Below are positions 38,627-51,600 of a DNA stretch of 64,000 nt, piece by piece. Location: the NCBI RefSeq assembly GCF_044704955.1, contig NC_091985.1, positions 138,632,001 to 138,696,000 of the forward strand, written 5' to 3'. This stretch comes from Pristiophorus japonicus (taxonomy: Eukaryota). The position numbers were made by a program, and so were the translations under genes. The first letter of the stretch is position 1, and each line of letters opens with the position of its first letter. The notes below the pieces were generated by a model. It was given only the letters and a program-made list of their open reading frames with translations, ran no database searches and was not told the origin of the DNA.

Positions 38627-39149
38627 GTGCATAAATAAAAGAAAAGTAAGTAACATAATCACCATCCCGATTGCTTTTTCTCCTGGTCCCAAGTCCCTCG
38701 ACCTTCGACCTTCTGACCTTGGGTCTGACCTCAGATGTCCTTCCTGACCTCACCCACCTGGCCCCGAACTCCGAAGTCGCTCTCCAACCGTCCCCCTTCC
38801 CCTGGCCCGACCTCAAGGTCCCATTTTCCCTTCCCTCTCCTGACCACGACGCAAGGCCCTCCAAAGTCCCAATCCCTCTCAACCAGGACCTCCAGGCTCC
38901 CCACTGCAATCCCTGCTCAACCCCCATGGCAACAGGATCAAGGCCCCCGCCCCCATGAGAAGAAGTCCAAAGACCCGACCATGTACCTGTGTGTTGCTGT
39001 GCCCAAACTTAGAGCACTTACCTTATGCTGCCCTTCCACCCAGCACTGTCTTCATTATAATGAGGTTTGAGGCCCAATATCTGGGGCAACTTGGACCTTG
39101 CACCAGCCATGGGGGAAGGACCAATACTGGGTGCTCCCAAATTTACATA

Positions 39150-39865
39150 GTGTTATAGTGCATGAGTCTTTAAATATCCACAACCAATGTTCTGAGGCTG
39201 TAGTGAAGGCAAACATTTTATTGGGTTGTACAGCTAGGACAACATAAAAAACATCATCCCGTCCCTGTGCAAGACCTTCGTTAGGCACCATCTAGAATGC
39301 TTTGTTCGGTTCTGGTCTTCTCAACATGTTGGGAGATATAGAGGCCTTGGCTCTGACCTCAGACGTCCTTCTTGAAGGTTTAGAGGAATGTCACTAGATT
39401 AATACCCAGTGTAAAACCCTTAGCAATCACTCTGTGCTCAAGGAGCTCGTAAACATAGGACTAGGTTAGACATCAGGAGGTTTTTTTTTGCCAGAGTATT
39501 ATTAAGCTTTGAAATATGTTGCCGGCTTGTGTCGTTGATACAGATTTGCTGCAAGCATTTAAAGGAGAGCTGGACAGGTTCCTGGAGGAGGCCAATATCG
39601 CTGCGTACATAAGATAGGTGGTATGATGGGGATGTACCTTGTGGTCACTGATATTTCCTGCAACTCATTCTTGGCCGCCTTCGAGGGTCAGAGAAGAATT
39701 TACCAGAATTCTTTTTTCCTTGCATTGGCTCAGGTTTTTTTGTTTAATCTATCATTTTGCCTTTCCCAGGAGATTTTATGCCTGCTATTGAGTATGGAGT
39801 GTGACTAAATGGGACAGACTCGATGGACCAGTTTGTCTTTCTCTGTATGTCTTTTCATATGATCT
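39150..39865 (+). mobile_element. Old degraded CR1 3' portion
   Basis: KANILLG, VR.HLE.FV.FWS remnants and a CR1-like tail. Confidence 0.7.
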
Positions 39866-40220
39866 TATCAGTTCCCCCGCAAGACAATTCTGACTCATCA
39901 TAACTCTTTTCTCTCCTGCTGAGTCCCTCTAACCAGTGCCCTGGAAATACTCCTGCCGTGCTGCAGGTTTCTTATTATATCCAAATATTCTACCTTATAT
40001 CTTTAACCCAGTACAATGACATTTATATTTAAACCTCCAATTGAGCATTGAGAAGTTTACCGTGAGGAATAAAAGGCAATTTAAAAAAGCAGACTATAGC
40101 CTAAAGTTTTTTCTTTATTGCATCACATTTGTGCCTTGCCTATTCTATGTTTAAAATGTTCTTAATGAACCCAAAACTTCACTAAGTATACTCATTTTTA
40201 TTTGCAGTTGACGACATATT

Positions 40221-42822
40221 AATTTTCCCCAGTTATCAGCACCATTTTTTTGGCGTGCGACGCTTTTTGAGGGGCAAATTAAAATATCCAAGTTTCCCCA
40301 AAGCTTTTGCGGCAGTATAACTCAGTAGTTACGGTTTTTTTTCAATTCGTTTTTTTGCGTCATAGGGGCGTAACCTGATGTCTGCGCCAGTTTTTCAGAT
40401 TTATGCAAGCTTGGCCAAGTTATATTTTTCCTAGGATGACGTATGTGACCACTCCAAAAAAACCTTATGGGCACTTAAGAAAAACCAGCGCACATTAAAA
40501 AATTGGCCATTGTTTTTATGCAAAGTTTTGGAGGGAGTCAAGAAGGCAAAGAATATGCATCATGAAGATTAATTTTTTCAAAATAAAAAACGGAGAAAAT
40601 GGAAGTCTAATGCAATTCTTTAATTTTGGATTTTTTTCAAAGTGCCATGCCACCACCGAACGTTTCCTCACCAGGGTCGAGGGTCAAAGTGTAGGCTGGC
40701 AGAAACGCTCCCTCACCCGGACACAGGGACTCGGAGCTCGGCATTAAAAGAAGCCCGGGGTGCGGGGGAAGGGGGAGGGGCTGGTGGAAGCCAAACTGAA
40801 GGTATGAGAAGCCTTACATTTTACATCATCTTCAAAAGAAGCCCGGGGGGGCAGGGGGGGTGGGGGGGTGGCGGAGGCTGGGGGGAGCGGGGGGGGCGGG
40901 GTGTTTGCCGAGTCCCTATGTCCGGGCGAGGGAACAATTCTGCTGGCTGACCCTCGAGCCCAGTGAGGAGACGTTCGGTCGGTGGTGGGCTAGTACTTTG
41001 AAAAAAATCTAAAATTAAAGAATTGCATTTGACTTTGTTGCCCCAAATGTCCTCAATGAATGCCAAGCATCCCGTTCTAAGCAAGCCTATTGCACATGTG
41101 CAGACCAGGGTGTGGTCCACACTAGGGCGTCAACCTTTGGGAGAGAGAGAGAGAAGAGAAGCTTTAACCCTTTGTCCTGCTGTTTTGAACTTCTTGCAAA
41201 GGTACAATTTAATTATGGGGGTAATATTGACAATGCCATAACTTGTGCAAGCCTTCTGCATGATAGTGCTGTGGAGGAGACGATTGATTCAACGTCTGGT
41301 AGTAGAAGTCCCACCTCACGTGATAGTGGCTGATGATAAGAAGGAGGAAGACGAGTAAACCATGCAACTACCTGAATCCGGAGCATGACGGCGGACGAGG
41401 GCGGGCCATTGTGCCCCTTCAACGATTGCTCGAGCCTTGCTCCGGCAGCTCATCCGTGAACGCTTCGCTGCCTGAAGGCTCAGCGGCAACTATTCCAAAT
41501 GGACCAGGTTTACTGTTTGGACCTGTTCCGTAATGTTGTGTTGTGTTAATGGAACAAATAATGGAAATGATTCAGTTACAATATTTTATTCAAAAGTGTA
41601 ACACTTGTTTGTATTTAACTCCAGAGTGAGTACAAGAGTGGGGGCTTCATCCTCCCCCACTCCCTCCCCCTCACCCCCACGCTCTTGGTCTGGAAGGTGG
41701 GATTGGAAGATGTTCTCTTCAGGCTCATCCGCGTCTGAATCTTCTGCTTCGGCTTCAGCCTTGTCAGGGTTGGCCTCAAGTTCTGCAAAATATAACAGAA
41801 CAGACAAATGGTTAGCAGCAGAGGAGGGGGCAGGGTGGGTGGCATGAGTAAGCTCACACAGCGCAGGCAGCAGGCTCATTTGAAGGACCATGATGAATGA
41901 TAGCACATTGCATCAACCGAAGCGTAGCTGACGGAGACATCCCCATGAACCGAAGCATGGCTAGCCTGTGCAGTACTTAACATTTAGCAAAGCCAGACTG
42001 TGGAATTTGCAGGATTCACCCTCGCCCTCAAGTGTGGGCCCAGCTTGTGCAGTGGTGGTTGCTTTTCTCCAGGTAGGACCCATCAAAGCAGCGACCCTCT
42101 CTTCCAAGTGTGCCAGTGGGTGCAGATTTTGCCGGGCCTCCTCCTGTTCGAGTTCTTTCCCTTTTGTTGTGTGCCACCTTCCTCTGCAAAGATGAAAATA
42201 TAACTTTTTAGAGAGGGTGTCTTTCTGCTGGGTGGGACATATACAGATGGTCACATTTATAATTGCAATTCCAGTGAATAAATGAAAATATTATTTGCAC
42301 TAACTACTTGATCAAGGTCCTGCCACTTCTTTTTGCACTGGCCTCCAGTCTTTTTTCATTTCTTTTGGTGAAACTTTTATGTGACCTCTGCTGGTGTCCA
42401 GCACGTGCCTTCTGGCCTCAATTACAATAACTAGTGCCTCCACTTCATCCTGTAAGAAATTCTTGGTCCTTGAGTCGTGTTGCATATTGTATTGCAGCTC
42501 CGATTTTTCCAATGATAATTAAAGTTCTCACACACAACTGGCTCTTTAAAAATGACCGAATGCAGACCGGGAGCTGTACTGGGCATGCGCGCCCATAGCA
42601 TTCACATCAAAAACATCATTTTTTATTTTGCGCATGCGCAGAAGGGGAGAGGCATCGTCTTTTTCAGCGCAGACATTAGGCTCCAAACCCTGCAGCTAAA
42701 GGACATGCTGCACAGCGGCAATTTAAAAAAATAGAACGGAGAAATTTGCAAGTTATTTTTTTGGAGTAGTCGGGACCAAAAAAAAACGGGAGTGCAATAC
42801 GCCAAAAAACGGCATGGGGAAT
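40221..42822. mobile_element. Harbinger transposon derivative: Myb/SANT gene remnant and deleted transposase
   Basis: Degenerate inverted ends (ttcccc...tttttggcg / cgccaaaaaa...ggggaa); plus-strand transposase start (41216) and end (about 41475) only; minus-strand Myb exons. Confidence 0.75.
41625..42485 (-). pseudogene. Harbinger Myb/SANT-like DNA-binding protein, 3 exon remnants
   Basis: Exon 1 NFLQDEVEALV...W...KWQDL; exon 2 (42183-42020) RKVAHNKRERTRTGGG...LEERV; acidic exon 3 from 41782; canonical AG acceptors. Confidence 0.8.
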
Positions 42823-44519
42823 GTGTTCCAGAATTTGCTCATGTGTGAGGGCTCATAGTGCATGCTGAATATCTAGTTTCCCCCCTGAAACCTAAGTCAC
42901 TGTGACAATCATTTTATAGACCATTGGAGACTTCCTTTATCACCTACCTGTTGTGGAATCTGACTGTTTCATCAGCTCCCTACTGATAGAGGGGTGGAGT
43001 TTCCATTGCTTTACACTAATAATATCAGCGTAATCCGGGCAGAATTGGTCGAACCTGCACAAAAGATCGGGGAATTTTATACGTAAGTGGGTTACGGCCA
43101 AAACCATTTATGTTCGTGTTTTATGTGATCTTGTATGCTGGTTTAAGATTCAATTTTCTGGATCAGGCCCCATCCACAAAACTGGCCACGCCCCCAGGGG
43201 AAAATTGTGAGAATCGCCAATTGAGCTGGTTCAGGAAGGCTCTTCAAATTGGGCTCATTTTCTTAGACGCAAAGACACTAGTAGGCACCTTTTTAATGAA
43301 TTTTCATAATAAACAATATTCAATTTACGAAGAAACTGATTATATACACCAATGAAACTATTAAATGGTTCAGTATAGTCTTTTAAAGTAATTTTTAGTG
43401 ATTTGAAATCAGGTAACTCACAGGTTACTGGATATTCTTATTAAAAATGCTTACTTTTGGTGATAAACTCACTTTCAGCTGTACTAATAAAACGGCACCA
43501 GGTTACCACTCTTAAATACATCACAGAATACTTTTTAATGGAAATAAAAAGATAAACAATTATGATCTATTACACTGCTCGATTCCGCTGGTTCATTGAA
43601 GATTTTACATCTTTGATTATGCAAATGAATTTTAGTGGAAACTTGAACTGCAACCTGACAAGTGCAATTTCAGAGGCATTTTGGGTGCAACTTCCTGATT
43701 GCGTGCAAAGCGGAAACTCTATCCCTCTCGATTGTCCCATGTGATTGTCACAGTGGCTCTCATCATTCCTGCAACTCGCACTTTAAAGGAGAATGCTGCA
43801 TTGCGCCAGTTTCCAAATTTCCAGCCTCAAGCAGTATCTAGTTACGAGAATGAGTAATTGCTTTAGTGATCTGATCATGAGGGGAGAAGACTACATAGTT
43901 ATCTCAAGCAGCATAAGTAGGCCTTCTGATCTTTGGGTTTGGTTTTTCTTTCCTTTATCTGGGTCCAAAAAAAATCAACTCAACAGTGAGCAAATGTGTT
44001 CAAGATAAAACACTGCTCATAATTGGAAAATTTCCTGTTTAACCATCAAAACAATTTGGAGGGATCGAATGAAAGCTTTGAAATAACGGCTGGCAGTTGC
44101 CTTGATGAAGTGTGATGCTGAGAGGAATTGACATGCATCATGAGCTGGATCATCAGTGTTGTTTCTCCACAGAACTTTGTTCAGTCATCTGCACATGCCA
44201 CAGGTGACTGACATTGCGCTCGACATTGACGTTGCCCATTAGCATGGAGGGCCGCTGATGGGTAAACCGCAGCAAGAATCACTCCAAAACCTGCAGTGTG
44301 CAGATCTTGATGTCTCTGCGTTTATCTGGTTTAAGCCAAATGTGGGGATTTGTTGTAGGGTAGTTATAAACACTAACATCAGAAATGTTATGCGTTTACC
44401 TTGCACTAATTTGTAAAGTTAAATGCTATAGGCAGAAAGGGTACTGGCTCTTTTGGCATGCATAAGAACAGGCTCCCTGGAATTATGAAGCTTTGTATTA
44501 TGACAAACACAATAATAGA

Positions 44520-44930
44520 AAGAAAACTTGCATTTACATAGCGCCCTTCACAACCGCAGGATATCCCAAAATACTTTACGGCCAATTAAATACTTTTGAA
44601 GTGTTGTCACTGTTGTAATGTAAGAAACGCGACAGCCAATTTGCGCACAGCAAGCTCCCACAAACAGCAATGAGATAATGACCAGATAATCAGTTTTAGT
44701 GATGTTGGTTAAAGGATAAATATTGGCCAGGACACTGAGGAGAACTCCCTTGCTCTTCTTCGAATGGTGCAGGGGGTCTGATGCGGCCATCTGATGCGGA
44801 CCTTGGTTTAATGTTTCATCTGAAATGCGCACCTCTGTCAGTGCAGGACTCCTTCAGTACTGCACTGGATTATGTGCTCAAGTCTCTGAAGTGGGACTTG
44901 TCCCTGCGACCTCCTGAACCAAGGCTGACA
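44520..44930 (-). mobile_element. Deu-domain SINE
   Basis: Reverse complement of the 11345 SINE. Confidence 0.85.
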
Positions 44931-44939
44931 TCTACTCAC

Positions 44940-45127
44940 ACCAGGCTGGAGGTGTACATTGAATGCTCCTTTTTAATTTTACCTACTCCTGTATTCCCTT
45001 TTCCGATTCTATTCACCAGTAAACCAAGAACAGATTCTCCTTTATCGTCTTCCAATATTTCTTCTAAAATAATTCTGAAACTTTCTGAGGTAGATGCAGT
45101 TTTCCCATCAATGAATGAACTGTGCAC
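44940..45127 (-). pseudogene. Candidate exon, possibly the D2 region of the receptor-like gene
   Basis: Open 188-nt frame bounded by AG and gtgagt in unique DNA; contains LVNRIG (FN3 N-x-x-G pattern). Confidence 0.35.
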
Positions 45128-46344
45128 CTATTATACAACTATCATAGTGAGGGTAACTTTAACTGTTATTGGCGGGCAAAAACTGAGTGATTGAAGTCAA
45201 TGTAAATGAAAATCAGGCCGGGTGTAAAACCGGCTGCAGATTCGCCTGTTTTCACCCAACGACAAAAGTAAAAATTTAACTCCAGTGAATGAGCTGGAAA
45301 GAAGACACAGGTTTGATCAAGGTAGAGAGATAGCAATTTGCATGAATCTGCCAGCAATCTACAGATTAAATCCCTTAAAATCTGTCCCCTTACAGCACAG
45401 CGATTGTCATTAATACATTAATATTGTCAGTCTTTGCAATGCATGGGTCCAATATCCACAAGTCATTTCTCTCTTGTCTTTTGCTTTTCCATTTTTTCCA
45501 TTATTTTTGGAGTCTACAAAATTGAGGAGTTAACAAGAGAAATTTCCACAAATCATATAGATGGACATATTAGCAATCATAGTGACACACAGTTCATATG
45601 CGGTGGACAGCTATTAATCACACAGTTAACATGTAGTCTACTGGACAGCTATTAGTCAAAAAACATCATTGAGCCTAGGTTGTTCCTGAATAAAACAGCA
45701 TGCTTGTGCAGCATTGATGTGTTCAAAAATTTGCACTTTCCTGTCTAACTGCTCCAATAGCAGCATGCACTGTAAACAGATATCATTTACATTTACATAG
45801 CAGCTGATCTTCGACTAGCAGCCAAATTATAAATGTTAAATTAAAATAATAAGTTCTTATTTCACGTTCTCAGATATGTTTACTCTTAGCTATCGATCAT
45901 CGTGATAAATAAAGTCATTACTTTGCATACAGTTCCAAGACGGAGGAGGGATGAGAGAAACAGATGTTTTATGGCCCACTTCGTGCTGTTATTGTTTCCA
46001 AGAGATTTCATCAGGAATGTAGCTTTTATGGCAGACTCATGTGACTGCCATTTTGATAATCTTGGCTCTAGTGCATTGTCTTAGCTGCAGTAAAATTTAT
46101 AGTTAATGTAGACAGAGTTTCCTTCAATCTTGCATGGGAACTACTGTTACAAAAATATGAGAACTCACAGCCTGTGAAAATCCAAGCAGCATAAGTATCA
46201 GCTCTTTATATGTGTCTGACAATAAAACATATTTAATGTTAGAAGTATTTTAACAATTTATGATATGAATTCTGATGGGCAAATTTCATGCACAAATAAA
46301 TAATATTACATTCCTGTGTGCGCGAGTTTTATTGTTTGTTTCTA

Positions 46345-47420
46345 TGCTTACTTATGCCTTCAGGAACTTGGATAAAGGAATGTATATTTGCTTCAGGATA
46401 GAAGGCAAATTATACAATCTCCACCGATTGCAGTCCATACTTAGACCTCTGAAGAAATTATTTGCGAGCTCTTGTTTGCTGTGACTGTGCCTTTGTTGCC
46501 CACACAGAAGAGGACCTCCAATTCATCATGGACCATTTCTCTGATACTTGTAAGAAATTGCCCTCACTGTCAGACTGAAGAAGACAGAAGTTATACACAA
46601 GCCTCTCCTTGGAAAACTTGGCATGCCATCTAATATTACCATCGAAGGGCACACACTATTCACAGTGCAGAGATTCACATGCCTGGGGATCATCATGTCA
46701 TGTGATGTGTTCCTAGGTGATGAGGTGATCCACAGATTGTTTAAAATCAGTAGTGTTTCTGGAAGGCTCCATGTGATGTTATGCGATAAAAGAGGCATTA
46801 CTCTAGCAACAAAACTTAAGGTCTACAAGGGAATAGTTATAGCATCCTTACTAGACCACATACAGTCATCACATCAGTAAACTCAATCATTTCCATCTAA
46901 GTTGCCTCAGAAAGATCATGAAGTCCTCAGAAGAACAAATATGCAAGGCTTAGAAGCAATGATAGTCAAGATACAGCTAATGTCGGCTGGTCACCTAATC
47001 CAAATGCCTGATAATAGGCTACCCAAGAAGGTATTTCCTACAGTGAGCTGAAGCTTGGTAAACTCTCTCATGATGGTCAGTTCAAAAGATATAAAGGTTG
47101 CCTAAAGATCAATCTTTAAAAAAAAGTAGCATCTGAACTTACGCATGGGAACATGATGCTTGTGACAGGAAAAAGTGGCAAACGATGATTCACCATGGCA
47201 CAACAAAGCTTGAAGCAAGTCGTGTCCTGCTAGCCAAAGAAAAGAGAATCCAAAGGAAATCAAGGAATGATCCGCCCTCAGATCAATCTGACATCCGATG
47301 TCCTGTGTGTGAAAATAAACATTCCTCATGAAAATCGGACTTTGCTGTCATATGAGAACCTGTATTCAATTATAGATGAATCATAGGCCGTCATCGACAA
47401 TGATGAATAAATCATCATCC
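46345..47420 (+). mobile_element. Old degraded RTE LINE (second family)
   Basis: GKLYNL.RL, ELLFA, TKLKVYK and MPDNRLPK remnants. Confidence 0.85.
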
Positions 47421-48601
47421 CTTTCATGTAATTATTAAAACCATGTGAAAATAAATGGGTTAACATCTATGTAGAAACAGCCCACACAGGGAGGAACTAC
47501 AAGCATGTTAAGTGTATGCAAATGAAGTTTTCTAACTGGTATTTCTGTCATGTGTGTTTAAAAACAGTGTGATTGTGCAAGACATTACAATAGCAAACCT
47601 TGGCGCTGTGAGACTGGCTTGAGCAAGGATTAGGTAGGAAATGGAACGAGTGAATAAAATAACAAAACAATTTTTATTTATAAAGGTTGTGGAAAGGAAA
47701 TGCATCCCTGTGCAAAGAAGAAGAAATAGAACCACAATGGCTAAAATATTTTGACGGAAACCGCAGATACTTTAAAACAACAAACAATGGTGCAGATTTG
47801 GAGTTGCATAAGTTACTTGAGAATAACTGAAAGGAGTTTTAAGAGTAACACAGTGAAAGCACTGCAAATGTTGGATTATATCAGAGGTATTGAAAGAACT
47901 TTATATAAAGAAATGTAAGCAGTACTTAAAGAATAAAAGCTCAATAAGATTCCTTAAAATATAAATTAGGTAGACTTGTAAAAAAGAATCAAAAAATGCA
48001 ATGTTTCAATTCAAATCACAAAATTATGATGTATAAATAATAAATAAAGCTCTGTTTGAGGGATAATGACTAGCTGTGCTTCTTCTAATATTGTGAAAAT
48101 TGCTGCCAACAAATTTTATGACGTGTATAAGAAAGACTGATAGCACTCAAAGAGATTTGGAGCAAGTAAGCGGGTTCAAGATTGGTAATTGGAATTAATG
48201 TAAATAAATGTAAGGTTATGCACATTAGAACAAAAAGCAAATAGACACAATGAACTGGATTTTTGGGTTTTAGTGATTTCACTTGTTTCCGGCTACAAAT
48301 CGCGGTGACATTTTTTTTTAGCCCTGGGTTAGCGTTAGCGCCAGAGCGCAAAACTTTCATCAAATGAAAGTTCACGACGGGCGTTAGTACTAACTCTGGC
48401 GTTGCACGACAGAATTTGTGCGCTGGAGCCGAAAATTCCGACCGCAAAATAAAATTGACCATTCTGCACAGGCGCGAATTTAATTAATTTTTTTTCCCGG
48501 CGTTTCTGGTCTGCTGTCCGATCGCAAACGCTAATGCAGGACGCGGCTGTGCGCTTACGCAGTACACTTGGGGCTGAATCAGCCATTTTACTTTTTGATT
48601 T

Positions 48602-51600
48602 TGTTGCGTATGCAACAACTCAATAGGCTTAGTACCGTGAACTCAATCAGGTGCGACCTGACTCTACTTTATTAGCTCTCAAAGTCAGGATTAAACATGG
48701 ATGCTTTGTTTATATACAAGGGCTACACGTGTGTGTCTGTGGCCCAATGACCTCCGACGATCGCTCCCCCTGGTGGCAGGTAAACCCAGGCATACATAGA
48801 TTACATCATTCCCCCGCAAGATCTTGGTATCAGTCCTATTTACAAATCCAGGCAGTCCGGGGCTTTCCGCTCCCTAGTTGATCGTCTCAGTTCAATTCCA
48901 GATCTGGGTGTGCTCTCCAAGTCATTCATGACTTGAGGCTGGGTAGCCGATCTAATGGGAGTGGCAGTGTCCATGTCGGGGATTGAAGGTCCAGATTCAT
49001 TGACAACAGCAGGGTCTTCTGATGGCTGAATATGAATCAGTTGGTCATTGATAGTGTTTTCTTCAAGCTGTTCCAGTTCGTCTGTGTGCCGCAATTTCGT
49101 CTGAGCAATGTGCCTCCTGCATGTTTGCCCATTAGTGAGCCTGACAATAAGCACCCTGTTACCCTCCTTGGCAGTAACAGTGCCAGTGACCCACTTGGGG
49201 CCTTGACTATAATTTAGCACATACACAGGATTAATAGAGATGTCGAGTGACACGGCAGTGCGATCATGATACCACTGCTGATGTTGATGTTTGTTTTCGA
49301 CGTGATCGTTAAGATCAGGGTGGACAAGCAAGAGCCTGGTCTTGAGATCTCTCTTCATCAACAGTTCAGCAGGGGGGTCCCCGGTAAGCGGGTAGGGTCT
49401 CGTCCTGTATGCGTGACAAGCGAGTATGCAGAGAACCGTGAGTTATGGGTTTCAGGCTCTGCTTGATGGTTTGGACGGCCCACTCCGCTTGACCATTGGA
49501 CGCGGGTTTGAAGGGTGCTGACCTTACGTGCTTGATACCATTGAGTCTCATAAACTCTTGAAACTCCAAACTTGCGAAGCACGATATATTGTCGTTCACA
49601 ACGATGTCGGGCAGATCATGAGTGGTGAACTGGCCCGAAGACTCTCAATGTTGGCTATGGATGTGCTGGATGACATGTTTACACATTCTATCCATTTGGA
49701 ATATGCATCCACCACCACCAAAAACATTTTGCCCAGGAAAGGATCCGCATAGTCGATGTGGATGGTCGACCATGGTTTGGATGGCCATGACCACAGACTT
49801 AGCGGAGATTCCATTGGTGCATTGCTGAACTGCATTGCACTGATGCACACATGACTCCAAATCAGAATCAATGCCAGGCCACCAAACGTGAGACCTGGCA
49901 ATGGGCTTCATCATCACAATACCGGGATAGATACTGTGTGTTATATATGTAAACTTGTATATACTCTGTACAGCCACAAGAGGGCTCATCCCCTGGAGTT
50001 CCAAGGGATCCCATAATCCCTTGGGAACACAGGTATTTAAGGAGGCCTCACAGGTTGGAGAGGCACTCTGGAGACCTGCAATAAAAGACTAAGGTCACAC
50101 TTTACTTTGAGCTCACAGTGTTCAGTCTGACTCTTTCTCCATACATAACAACTGCTGATGAGATACAGATAACGAACCCAAAAATGCAGAGAACAGTGGG
50201 CATTCTGGAGAAATTCTAGAAGGGAGGTGATTGGGAAACCTTTGTGGACCACCTCAACCAATACATCGTAGCCAATGAGCTGGATGGAGAAGAGAGCGCT
50301 GCCAAATGAAGGGTGGTTCTCCTCACCGTCTGTGGGGCACCAATGTATGGCCTCATGAAAAATCTGCTTACTCCAGCGAAATCCACGGAAAATCATATGA
50401 TGATTTGTGTACATTGGTCCGGGAGCATTTGAACCCGAAGGAAAGCGTTCTGATGGCGAGATACTAGTTCTACACCTACAAGAGGTCTGAAGGCCAGGAA
50501 GTGGCGAGTTATGTCGCCGAGCTAAGATATCTTGCAGGACATTGCGAATTTGAAGGACACTTGGAGCACATGCTCAGAGACTTTTTCGTACTTGTCATTG
50601 GCCACAAAACCATACTTCGCAAACTTCTGACTGTAGAGACCCCAATATTGAATAAGGCCATAGCGATAGCCCAGGCGTTCATTGCCACCAGTGATAATAC
50701 TAAGCAAATCTCTCAGCACACACTGCTACAAGTACTGTGAACAAAGTGATGTTGTTTTCAAATCGCAACGTACAGGGCAGGTCACACATGCCTGCAGCTG
50801 CACGTCCACAGATGTCTCAGAGTCGACCATCAAGGGTGATGACTGCAAGGCCATTAACACCTTGTTGGCACTGCGGGGGTGATCATCATTTCCATTCATG
50901 CCACTTCAAAGGGTACGTTTGCAAGGGCTGTGGAACAATGGAACACCTCCAACGTATGTGCAGGCGAGCTGCAAATCCTGTTAAACCTGCAAACCAACAT
51001 GTTGCAGAGGAGGACAGATCCATGGAGGATCACGACGAACCAGAGCCTCAAACTGAGGAGGCAGAGGTACATGGGGTGCACACATTCACCACAAAGTGTC
51101 CACCGATAATGTTGAATGTTGAACTAAATGGACTCCCGGTGTCAATGGATCTGGACACGGGCACGAGCCAGTCCATCATGGGCAAAAAGACATTTGAAAG
51201 ATTGTGGTGCAGCGAGGCCTCAAGGCCAGTCTTAACTCCAGTTTGTATGAAACTAAGAACTTACACAAAAGAACTGATTCCCATAATCAGCAGTGCTACC
51301 ATAAAGATCTCCTACGATGGAGCGGTGCACAAGCTACCACTCTGGGTGATACCGGCCGATGGTCCCATGCTGCTCGGCAAGAGCTGGCTGGGAAAGATAC
51401 GCTGGAACTGGGACGACGTCCAAGCGCTATTGCCCGCTGACGACACTTCGTGTGCCCAGGTCTTAAACAAGTTTCCTTCGCTGTTCAAACTAGGCATCGG
51501 GAAATTACAAGGAGCAAAAGTGCAGATGCACCTAATTATGGGGGCGCGACCCATCCATCACAAGGTGAGAGCAGTACCGTACATGATGAGAGAAAGGGTA

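Noticed and set aside
45040-45105. TASTSESF...EDDKG resembling gp130 TASTRSSF...EDGKG
   Set aside because: The spacing is 8 residues rather than 19 and no WSxWS follows, so it was not counted as evidence.
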